A stretch of DNA of 64,000 nt from an uncultured Bacilli bacterium (GCA_947623685.1 CANQHF010000002.1:17913-81912), one strand, 5' to 3'; counted from the stretch's first letter, positions 9,050 through 16,080 are shown. Numbers and translations: made by a program. The notes: generated from the sequence alone by a model not told the origin.

Positions 9050-9607
9050 TCAAGAGTAGTTAATTTCGGCTATAACATCGTTAGGAAATAAATAGACCTT
9101 TATTTCATTTATCAAACGCTTGTTATTACGCCATATAGTAGTGGTATCTTTTTCGAAATAATCGGCAATATCTTGTTGCGTCTTATTTTCGAAATATTTT
9201 AATTTGATAATATCAACATATTTATCGTCTTTAAATTTTGATAAAATTCTGTCTATGCGATTTATGACTATTTGTGTCTTTTTTATGTCTTTTTCAAGAC
9301 CTGTAATAACTTCTGATTCTAAATCGTCATTATCAACATGGCCGCCTTCGGGTATTTTAAAAATACTCTTAGATTTTCCACGTAGGCCTGTGTTTTTAAT
9401 TTCTTCGATTTCTTCTTGACGATCAATTATTGATTTTTTTAAATCGTTATACTTATACAAAAGAGACTCGGTATTTTTATACGTAGAATTTCCTTTGCGT
9501 AGTACATTTAATTTGCTTAATTCTTCGACGAGACAACTGACTAGTTCTTTATAGTCAATTTTAACTTGTGATGTTTCATTGTTGGCTGAGTTTTCGATTT
9601 CAGCCAT
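9050..9607 (-). CDS. Late-gene transcriptional activator (sigma-70 region 4-like / ArpU-RinA-like)
   Basis: C-terminal HTH segment IIKLKYFENKTQQDIADYFEKDTTTIWRNNKRLINEIK. It is the last early-region gene before the packaging module. Confidence 0.55.
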   Translation of the reverse strand: MAEIENSANNETSQVKIDYKELVSCLVEELSKLNVLRKGNSTYKNTESLLYKYNDLKKSIIDRQEEIEEIKNTGLRGKSKSIFKIPEGGHVDNDDLESEVITGLEKDIKKTQIVINRIDRILSKFKDDKYVDIIKLKYFENKTQQDIADYFEKDTTTIWRNNKRLINEIKVYLFPNDVIAEINYS

Positions 9608-9628
9608 AATAATTAACCTCCATTTCTC

Positions 9629-9712
9629 TTATTTTTTATTATTCAACTTATTAGCTAAATTATCAAGACCAGCATAAATTATTATTGATCCAATTATGAT
9701 ACTTAACCACAT
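9629..9712 (-). CDS. Tiny membrane peptide (27 aa), hypothetical
   Basis: Hand-translated MWLSIIIGSIIIYAGLDNLANKLNNKK*. Fills the gap and overlaps the stop of the upstream gene. Confidence 0.25.
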   Translation of the reverse strand: MWLSIIIGSIIIYAGLDNLANKLNNKK

Positions 9713-10092
9713 TTTGAGTCCTCCATTTCTTTTACTTTTACCATGTAATCTAAAACTGTATAATGACCTTTTTCTTCGTGCAATTTCCAAGCTATTTTAT
9801 TGGCTTCGTTTCTTTGATAACCAATACTCATTAAAAGTTTAATAAGTTTTTTTCTTGTAATTTTTTTGTCGAAAAATGTCATATTAAATTTTATTTGTTC
9901 CCAAGCTTTAAGAAAAGCGGTTGGTAAATGATCTACGATATTTTTTATTGCGTCTACAAGCGGAGTCATAGCTTTATAAAAAGTATCAGCAAGATCTTTT
10001 AATGATTTATCAAGATCAGTTTTTAAGATTGTTTCTTTATTTGTCTTTTTAACAATATGATTCCTTAGATAACTAAATTCATTCAGGCTCAT
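9703..10092 (-). CDS. Hypothetical phage early protein
   Basis: 129-aa ORF preceded by AAAGGAGATGA. No motif recognised. Confidence 0.5.
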   Translation of the reverse strand: MSLNEFSYLRNHIVKKTNKETILKTDLDKSLKDLADTFYKAMTPLVDAIKNIVDHLPTAFLKAWEQIKFNMTFFDKKITRKKLIKLLMSIGYQRNEANKIAWKLHEEKGHYTVLDYMVKVKEMEDSKCG

Positions 10093-10109
10093 TATTTATC
10101 ATCTCCTTT

Positions 10110-10667
10110 TTAAACTTCATTTCCCCAACAATCCCATCCATCAACTTGTTGTCTTGCAAATAATTCAATTTTAGATAAATCGCCAAATAATTCAATTATT
10201 CTATTTCTAACTTCATCAGGTTTTTTAGAATGTTCTTAAATTCTATTATCAAGTATTTGCCTTACACTGTGTGAAATTCTTTTTAACCCTTTTCCTTTAG
10301 TTCCTAATAAACATATTTCAGCGTTTGCTCTAGTATAATTTCCTAATCCCATAAACCAAGTATCAGCTTTTTTATTTTTCTTTACCCAAGTAAATGCAAC
10401 TGTTTTATATTTAAATCCCCAGCTTTTCATAAGTTCTAATCCTTCTTCTAAACATGGAAACGTAACCCACATTATAAGAATACTATCTTTATTTGAAATA
10501 TTATTAACTGGTATTTTTTTCATTTCATTTGTCGGCGTTACCTTATAATGATCGGCTGCATTTCTTTTTACTTTTTCACTCATATACCAACAGCCATATT
10601 TCCAAGCCGGATCAGCATAAATAATATCATATTTATTATTTGTATTATAAATATCTACTACTGCCAT
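10110..10667 (-). pseudogene. MT-A70-family N6-adenine DNA methyltransferase interrupted by one in-frame TAA (10236..10238)
   Basis: The N-terminal part has the DPPW-type motif (IIYADPAWKY). The 41 codons after the TAA, in the same frame, read EHSKKPDEVRNRIIELFGDLSKIELFARQQVDGWDCWGNEV*, which is the conserved MT-A70 C-terminus. Confidence 0.75.
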
Positions 10668-10966
10668 TATTTATTGCCTTCCACGTACTCATAATCTTTT
10701 CCTTCTAAATCTAAATATAGATTCATCCAGTATTCAGCTTCCGCTTGAGCTTTTTCTACTTCGTTATTATCTTTTAAATAAAATCTTGCATAACTGTTTA
10801 TTAAATCTTGTTTTTCTTTCATTAATTGATTCGTATATTTAAGTTCCTTTTTTAATAATGCATTTTTCTCTTCATACTGACTTACTACTGTCAATAGTAA
10901 TAATAAATACAGTAGAAACACTAATACAATAAACGTAGCTGGTATTCTTTCTTTAATTTTTTTCAT
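10667..10966 (-). CDS. Hypothetical single-pass membrane protein
   Basis: Start MKKIKERIPATFIVLVFLL after AAAGGAG. One TM helix followed by a coiled-coil region. Confidence 0.5.
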   Translation of the reverse strand: MKKIKERIPATFIVLVFLLYLLLLLTVVSQYEEKNALLKKELKYTNQLMKEKQDLINSYARFYLKDNNEVEKAQAEAEYWMNLYLDLEGKDYEYVEGNK

Positions 10967-10967
10967 T

Positions 10968-11207
10968 TTAACTCCTTTTATATAATTGCTCATAAGTTGT
11001 ACTTCCTGTTTTGATGAATGCTTTTTTTATTATTCCTATAGATTTAATAATTGCATCCTGATTTCCATTTTTTGTTTTATCAATTAAATATTGCACTGAA
11101 TCACCATAATCGATCTTTGATTTTCTTGGTTTTGGTGCATATTTTTTTAGCAATTTTGTATCTATGTGGATTGTTACTATATCATCTTCAACTTCAAATA
11201 ATCTCAT
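10968..11207 (-). CDS. Hypothetical phage early protein
   Basis: 79-aa ORF preceded by AAGGAGGTAATT. Confidence 0.5.
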   Translation of the reverse strand: MRLFEVEDDIVTIHIDTKLLKKYAPKPRKSKIDYGDSVQYLIDKTKNGNQDAIIKSIGIIKKAFIKTGSTTYEQLYKRS

Positions 11208-11305
11208 AATTACCTCCTTAAATACTTAGCTAATTTAGATAATTTTTCATAATCTATTTTTTTCATTTTTATAAATCCTTCAAAACTCATTTTATTAATA
11301 TTTAG

Positions 11306-11445
11306 ATTTTACAAAATGACTTAATTCTGTTAAATTCATAAGTCATACTCTAAAAGAGTAATTTTTATTAGAATTATTAATCATTTTCCCGATGTTGGGA
11401 GGTGTTATTTTTTTAACCAATTTACTATTTTTCATTTTGTAAAAT
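11306..11445. repeat. 14-bp perfect inverted repeat, ATTTTACAAAATGA (11306..11319) and TCATTTTGTAAAAT (11432..11445), flanking a 112-bp non-coding segment
   Basis: Read directly from the sequence. There are also nested hairpins, atgactta/taagtcat (11316..11323 and 11339..11346) and tactct/agagta. Confidence 0.7.
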
Positions 11446-11458
11446 TGTTATTTATTTT

Positions 11459-11701
11459 TTAAAATATATTGATATGATACATTTCTTTAAAAACTTTTCT
11501 AATAGCTTTAGCAGCCGTGAAATTATGTTGTTCTACCGCTATAACATAAGATAATTTTATAAAAGATACAGTCTTACCATTTTGTCGTCCCAAACGAATA
11601 TATTTAACATCTTTTAATTTTGATAAATATTCTTTTAAAAATTTTGTGTTAAAATATTTTTTGTATTTCCTAGAATAATACCAATACTTAATCTTTTCCA
11701 T
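11459..11701 (-). CDS. Hypothetical phage early protein
   Basis: 80-aa ORF. It contains GRQNGKT, but is too short to be an NTPase. Confidence 0.4.
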   Translation of the reverse strand: MEKIKYWYYSRKYKKYFNTKFLKEYLSKLKDVKYIRLGRQNGKTVSFIKLSYVIAVEQHNFTAAKAIRKVFKEMYHINIF

Positions 11702-12035
11702 TTATATATTTTCCCTTATTTTCATTTAAAAGAGACATAAGTCCTTTTGGCTCTATTGTTACATCGCCTTCTAATATTTGTTTTTCAAAATTTTTAGCGA
11801 AAGTAGCGTAAGCTTCTCCAAATAATTCAATACGGCGCTCTTGTAATTTTGCTAAATTATTATTGTCAATTTCAAAGCTACCTTTTGTAAAAATAATGGT
11901 GTCGTATGGTCCTTCTATATCGGATCCTAAAGCTTGCTTTAATTCTTGATTATTAGATACAGGGTTAAGGACACCGCCTAAATCTGTATCTTTTATAATA
12001 GTTTCTTTAATCATGTTCGAGGATCCTTCTTTCAT
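11688..12035 (-). CDS. Hypothetical phage early protein
   Basis: ORF of 108-115 aa. The start is either 12035 or the MIKETII ATG at 12014. Confidence 0.45.
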   Translation of the reverse strand: MKEGSSNMIKETIIKDTDLGGVLNPVSNNQELKQALGSDIEGPYDTIIFTKGSFEIDNNNLAKLQERRIELFGEAYATFAKNFEKQILEGDVTIEPKGLMSLLNENKGKYINGKD

Positions 12036-12369
12036 AATATGTTTGCTGCTCTTGTGAAAACCATTTATTTAATTCTTTTAGATCTTCTGTATATTTCTTT
12101 GTCAACGCTTTTGTTTTTTTGGTTTTTATTTCTCCAAAGCATAATTTTAAAAGGTATCTATATTCTCGTTTATACCAATATAATTGTTGAGTCATTATAG
12201 ATATATCTTCTATTGTTCCTAGATCCATACCACCATATATTAAATGGCTTTCTCCATAATCAATAACATTAGCCATAGCCAGCATACCATCTTTGTTACA
12301 ATAACGATGTTCTCTAATAGAAGGCTCTGTTATTTTAATTTCTTTATCTATTATATTTTTAATTTCCAC
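12007..12369 (-). CDS. Hypothetical phage early protein
   Basis: 120-aa ORF. No motif recognised. Confidence 0.45.
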   Translation of the reverse strand: MEIKNIIDKEIKITEPSIREHRYCNKDGMLAMANVIDYGESHLIYGGMDLGTIEDISIMTQQLYWYKREYRYLLKLCFGEIKTKKTKALTKKYTEDLKELNKWFSQEQQTYYERRILEHD

Positions 12370-12379
12370 AATACCACTC

Positions 12380-13012
12380 CTAACTACCTAAATAAAAGCC
12401 TTTTCTTTTTTCTTCTTTATCGTCAGACTCCCAGCAAATATATATAAGTGTTACTTGTGGGCTACTATGATTTAACATCTCACTCAAGCCGATAAGATCT
12501 CCAGTTTGTTCGTAATAAGTTCTTGCAAAGTATTTACGTAGAGAGTGAGTACCAACTACATAATTTACTTTAACTTCTTCGGCCAATTCTTTAATAACTT
12601 GCCATGCTCTTTGACGAGTAATAGGCATATTAGTACCTTTACGACTTTGAAATAAATATTCGCCTTCGACTAATTCATTTCTATTGATATATTTTTCAAG
12701 ATCCTTAGCTAAAGAAGGGTGTAACTCAAATGTCTGTTCTTTTCCCGTCTTAAATTCACGTGTATAAATTGTTCCGTTTTTAACATTAGTGCCAACTTTT
12801 AGCTGCAATAGATCCTCAATACGAAATGCTAAATTTCTACCTAAGTGTAAAATCATATAATTACGATCCCATAAATACTGTTGCTCTTTGTTATTGTAAT
12901 CTATAGCGTGTTGATATTTCTTTTTACAAATCACGATCATATTATTCAAGTCGTGTTCTTTAAAAGGTTTTACTGTCTTACGACCAAACTTTACTCTAAA
13001 ATATCTAGGCAT
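12380..13012 (-). CDS. Small tyrosine recombinase (catalytic domain only)
   Basis: 210 aa carrying an R...HxxR...H...Y set: LAFRIEDLLQL, GTHSLRKYFAR and MLNHSSPQVTLIYI. It lacks an N-terminal arm or core-binding domain. Confidence 0.7.
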   Translation of the reverse strand: MPRYFRVKFGRKTVKPFKEHDLNNMIVICKKKYQHAIDYNNKEQQYLWDRNYMILHLGRNLAFRIEDLLQLKVGTNVKNGTIYTREFKTGKEQTFELHPSLAKDLEKYINRNELVEGEYLFQSRKGTNMPITRQRAWQVIKELAEEVKVNYVVGTHSLRKYFARTYYEQTGDLIGLSEMLNHSSPQVTLIYICWESDDKEEKRKGFYLGS

Positions 13013-13025
13013 AAATCATCACCCC

Positions 13026-13364
13026 CTAATCTTTAAGCAAAGACTCTGAATTTTTTTCTAATTGATTTATAATATGTTCTATGTCTTTAAATGCTATATA
13101 TTTACCAGCGATACATAATTCTTCTGGATTTATAGAATTAGTTAAAATAGGCTTTTTTTTAAGAATATTTTGTTGTTGCTTAATATAATCTTTAGTAGAT
13201 TTCGTTATAAAAATAAGCCTTAATTCACGTTTGTTATGAATATCAATACCTTTTTTATAATCAGCTATAAGTTCGTTTTTTTGTTTTAATACTTGGTTAA
13301 AAACAAAACTTGTTATTACCACCCCAATTAGAGTACCTAATAAAGTCAATAATATATTACTCAT
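13026..13364 (-). CDS. Hypothetical N-terminally anchored membrane protein
   Basis: 112 aa with an N-terminal TM helix (ILLTLLGTLIGVVITSFVF). Confidence 0.45.
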   Translation of the reverse strand: MSNILLTLLGTLIGVVITSFVFNQVLKQKNELIADYKKGIDIHNKRELRLIFITKSTKDYIKQQQNILKKKPILTNSINPEELCIAGKYIAFKDIEHIINQLEKNSESLLKD

Positions 13365-13367
13365 AAT

Positions 13368-13913
13368 TTACCTCCTTTTTTTCTCCCATGAAAAAGGCTC
13401 AAATACTAAATCAAAGTAATCTTCCTCCCACATAAGATTATACATTGGTTTCTGGACTTTTTTATTACAGTAGTTCATAACTGTTTGATATGATATAAAT
13501 AAATCTTTGGCTGCTTTTCTTGCAGAAGGCCAGTCTCTAATAATTTCATTGTTTTTAACTTCTACAACTCGTTGAGATTTTGATATATGGCTTGTTAGTT
13601 TGCCTAGTTCTTTCAATGATACAATTTTTAAATTTTTATAATGATTATCATTTTTTAATTTATTTTTATGATAAACTCTATCAGTAGAAGAAAGAGGTTT
13701 TATAAAAGCATTAGCTACTAACCTAGCACAATTCATATTTTTATTTCTAATCTTAACAAAAAATAAATTTTGTTTCCTAAAAGGTTTTAAATATATATAA
13801 CCATTTTTAGAATTTTTCTTTCTAAACCGGCCATGATTTGATACTTGGTATCTTATATCATATTTTATTGATTCCCATACTTCTGATTTCCATGTTACAT
13901 TAGTTGTTATCAT
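13368..13913 (-). CDS. Free-standing HNH homing endonuclease (NUMOD4 + HNH_3 + C-terminal HTH-like)
   Basis: NUMOD4-like segment WESIKYDIRYQVSNHGRFR. HNH_3-like segment VYHKNKLKNDNHYKNL. C-terminal DNA-binding-like segment WPSARKAAKDLFISYQTVMNYC. Confidence 0.7.
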   Translation of the reverse strand: MITTNVTWKSEVWESIKYDIRYQVSNHGRFRKKNSKNGYIYLKPFRKQNLFFVKIRNKNMNCARLVANAFIKPLSSTDRVYHKNKLKNDNHYKNLKIVSLKELGKLTSHISKSQRVVEVKNNEIIRDWPSARKAAKDLFISYQTVMNYCNKKVQKPMYNLMWEEDYFDLVFEPFSWEKKRR

Positions 13914-14164
13914 TTATTAAATTCATTTATTATAGTGGTTTCGAGCTTCTGCCTACATTCAGTATTAAGAGGGTGTACTATATCTCTAAAAGTCCCATCT
14001 GGCATTTTTTCACTAGGCATAGCTAAAAATACTCTATTAATACCCTTAATGATTTTTATATCAGTAATAATAAATTCATTATCAATTACTGCAGTAGCAA
14101 CTCCTAATAAATGTGATTTTTCGCTTTCTTCAAATTTTTTAACTTTAACGCTTGTAATTTTCAT
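13910..14164 (-). CDS. Phage-encoded SpoVG-family protein
   Basis: 84 aa. The segment VFLAMPSEKMPDGTFRDIVHPLN closely matches the SpoVG core as I recall it from B. subtilis (FVAMPSKRTPDGEFRDI.HPIN). Confidence 0.85.
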   Translation of the reverse strand: MKITSVKVKKFEESEKSHLLGVATAVIDNEFIITDIKIIKGINRVFLAMPSEKMPDGTFRDIVHPLNTECRQKLETTIINEFNK

Positions 14165-14309
14165 AAAATAATTTCCTTTCTTTCTTTAATTCTTCGTTTA
14201 TTTTTTTTCTTTGTTTTGAATTTAATTTTATAATTGAATTAATCCAAAAATTTTCCACTTGTTTTGCTCCATATAAATCTAGGAGTTTTTTAAATTTTCT
14301 ATCGTTCAT
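14145..14309 (-). CDS. Small basic hypothetical protein (54 aa)
   Basis: Hand-translated MNDRKFKKLLDLYGAKQVENFWINSIIKLNSKQRKKINEELKKERKLFYENYKR*. Fills the 135-bp gap and overlaps both neighbours. Below the ORF track's size cut-off. Confidence 0.35.
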   Translation of the reverse strand: MNDRKFKKLLDLYGAKQVENFWINSIIKLNSKQRKKINEELKKERKLFYENYKR

Positions 14310-14949
14310 TTAGCCAATCATAATCCGGTATTTCAATAACCGTATCTTTCTCCTTTGAATTTTGTAATAATTCTTCATATTTTTTGTCTTTAATGTTTCT
14401 TAAAATGGCATCTGTGTATTTAAGGTTATTAGCTCTTGCAATCATTGTTTCTTTTAAAGCATACTCAATTTTTTTCCAATCGTAATTTTCTAACCAATAA
14501 TCAACAAGTTCATATTCAACCGTATTCAAAGTTCTTCCTAAAATCTGCTCTATATTATTAATAGTAGAAGTATAAGAAGTATCTATATTCTTATATTGTG
14601 GTTGCTCGCTGGTTGCTCGTTGGTTAATAACTTGGTTGATAACTTGGTACTTATCATAATTATTTATTGTTATTATTGAGAATGTGTTGGTTGATGTTAT
14701 GGTTATTTCGTTGGTTGATTTTAGGTGTTTTATTGCAGTCCTTATTTCTTGTTCAGAAAGATCTAGTTCTTTACTTAATTGTTTTCTTCCAGTAACAAAA
14801 CTGCCTCTTTTAACTTCTACACCTTCAAATTTTTCATCTCTCCAATTAGCTTTTAATAAACAATGAATGAATAATATTTTTGTGTTTTTGTTTTTATACC
14901 ATTCCCATTTAAGAAACTTATTGTGAAGCTTTATCCATGTTTCATTCAC
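14299..14949 (-). CDS. Replication initiation / replisome organizer protein with C-terminal DnaD-like domain
   Basis: N-terminal winged-helix-like region (RGSFVTGRKQLSKELDLSEQEIRTAIKHL). C-terminal DnaD-like repeat (LGRTLNTVEYELVDYWLENY...YTDAILRNIKDK). Confidence 0.65.
   Translation of the reverse strand: MNETWIKLHNKFLKWEWYKNKNTKILFIHCLLKANWRDEKFEGVEVKRGSFVTGRKQLSKELDLSEQEIRTAIKHLKSTNEITITSTNTFSIITINNYDKYQVINQVINQRATSEQPQYKNIDTSYTSTINNIEQILGRTLNTVEYELVDYWLENYDWKKIEYALKETMIARANNLKYTDAILRNIKDKKYEELLQNSKEKDTVIEIPDYDWLNER
14599..14720. repeat. Iteron-like TGGTT repeats in two clusters around an AT-rich spacer: putative phage origin inside the replication gene
   Basis: TGGTTGCTCG occurs twice (14599, 14610), followed by TGGTTAATAAC (14621), TGGTTGATAAC (14633) and TGGTAC (14645). 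The AT-rich spacer is 14651..14685. More TGGTT copies sit at 14688, 14700 and 14712. The spacing is 11-12 bp. Confidence 0.55.
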
Positions 14950-14963
14950 TATTTACCTCCTAT

Positions 14964-14992
14964 TTGATTTTTTCTTAAATCTTTGTTATAAT
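14964..14992 (+). promoter_or_regulatory. Near-consensus sigma-A promoter, TTGATT-17 nt-TATAAT
   Basis: -35 at 14964..14969 and -10 at 14987..14992, with a spacer of exactly 17 nt. It points away from the replication gene. Confidence 0.5.
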
Positions 14993-14998
14993 TAAGAA

Positions 14999-15058
14999 GT
15001 AAATTTTATTTACAAGTTAATTTTTACTGCCGTTGTGTTAGCGCACATCGGTTTTTTA
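14999..15058 (+). ncRNA. Candidate ~60-nt small RNA bounded by a promoter and an intrinsic terminator
   Basis: The promoter above is followed by a hairpin, ccgttgtg (15030..15037) and cacatcgg (15044..15051), with 7 of 8 pairs, and then TTTTTT (15052..15057). No ORF lies in between. Confidence 0.35.
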
Positions 15059-15125
15059 TTTACTCTCAATATAACCACCTCCTTTAATGTGTGTTATAAT
15101 TACCTCGAAAGCGAGGTGAATAAAT

Positions 15126-15401
15126 TTGAACTATAATGAAAATCTTTTTTATGAAATTAGCGAATTAGATAAAAAATATCGAACAAAAGGTATTGATGTT
15201 AATTGCACTGTTATTACTACTGATTATGCTATTTTTGGGCAAATTGATTTTGAAACAAATGGTGTTAATCCAGAAGATGGCATAGTAATTAAAAATGCTA
15301 GATTATCAAAAGACCTTTTTGATACCACTATATTATCTTTTGATAAAACTCTAATAAGATATGAAGATATCAAAAGTTTTTCATATTCAGTAAAAAGCTA
15401 G
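15126..15401 (+). CDS. Hypothetical protein on the opposite strand inside the early region (moron-like)
   Basis: 91 aa with a TTG start 7 nt after GAGGTGA. An extended -10 (tgtgTtATAAT) lies upstream at about 15091..15101. Confidence 0.45.
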   Translation: MNYNENLFYEISELDKKYRTKGIDVNCTVITTDYAIFGQIDFETNGVNPEDGIVIKNARLSKDLFDTTILSFDKTLIRYEDIKSFSYSVKS

Positions 15402-15407
15402 TTAGAT

Positions 15408-15521
15408 CTAGTTTTTTTGTTCTAAATATTTTAATAAATTAACTTCAATTTCACTTACATATAAGCCTTCATTTAGCTTTTTTATCAAACTATTTATCAA
15501 AGCTTCCTTTAATTCTTTCAT
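15408..15521 (-). CDS. Small hypothetical protein (37 aa)
   Basis: Hand-translated MKELKEALINSLIKKLNEGLYVSEIEVNLLKYLEQKN*, preceded by CAGGAGGAAAAAG. Confidence 0.3.
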   Translation of the reverse strand: MKELKEALINSLIKKLNEGLYVSEIEVNLLKYLEQKN

Positions 15522-15554
15522 CTTTTTCCTCCTGTAATAAAATTTCTCATTTTT

Positions 15555-15644
15555 CTACCCCATTAAAATAGCTATCATCCATATTGCTGTACATATTGCA
15601 TATATTAAAGCTACGCCCTTATACTCTTTAATTAACTGTTTCAT
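15555..15644 (-). CDS. Small hydrophobic peptide (29 aa)
   Basis: Hand-translated MKQLIKEYKGVALIYAICTAIWMIAILMG*. Its start overlaps the upstream stop in an ATGA arrangement. Confidence 0.25.
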   Translation of the reverse strand: MKQLIKEYKGVALIYAICTAIWMIAILMG

Positions 15645-15835
15645 ATTCCAAATCTCCTTTTTACTTTTGATGTTAAAACAACTTTAGCTCTTGACTCTGG
15701 TATAAAATAACCTTCTGCTCTCATCTCATCTTGTATTTCATGAGCATATTTTAAAGCAGTCTTATAATTAACTCTTAATAACTTTTGCAATTCTTTAGGA
15801 GTTAAATATTTTTTTTGCATTAATTCTTTTTCCAT
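15641..15835 (-). CDS. Small HTH DNA-binding protein (excisionase/regulator-like)
   Basis: 64 aa. The HTH-like segment is LTPKELQKLLRVNYKTALKYAHEI. Confidence 0.45.
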   Translation of the reverse strand: MEKELMQKKYLTPKELQKLLRVNYKTALKYAHEIQDEMRAEGYFIPESRAKVVLTSKVKRRFGI

Positions 15836-15837
15836 AA

Positions 15838-16080
15838 TTATGCCTCATTTAATGTTGAACTTTTTTCAACTTTTTTCTTAAAAAAATAATCATATATCTC
15901 TGATGGTAAAATATTAAATATTTCTATGGTTTCATCCATCTCCTTTAATGAAAACGGAACCTTTCCATTTAACTTTGCACTAATAGAAGCGGTTGATAAA
16001 CCAAGCAATTCTGCATATTTTGATTCATTTCCTAATTGTTCTTTTATTTTACCTCTTAACTTACTATAATCGTGTTCCAT
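15838..16080 (-). CDS. Cro-like XRE-family HTH regulator
   Basis: Start MEHDYSKLRGKIKE after AGAGGTGAA. HTH segment ESKYAELLGLSTASISAKLNG. Divergent from the repressor gene. Confidence 0.65.
   Translation of the reverse strand: MEHDYSKLRGKIKEQLGNESKYAELLGLSTASISAKLNGKVPFSLKEMDETIEIFNILPSEIYDYFFKKKVEKSSTLNEA

Noticed and set aside
11459-11701. GRQNGKT in an 80-aa early protein resembles a Walker A / terminase P-loop
   Set aside because: The protein is far too short for an NTPase fold and there is no Walker B. Probably coincidental, or a gene fragment.
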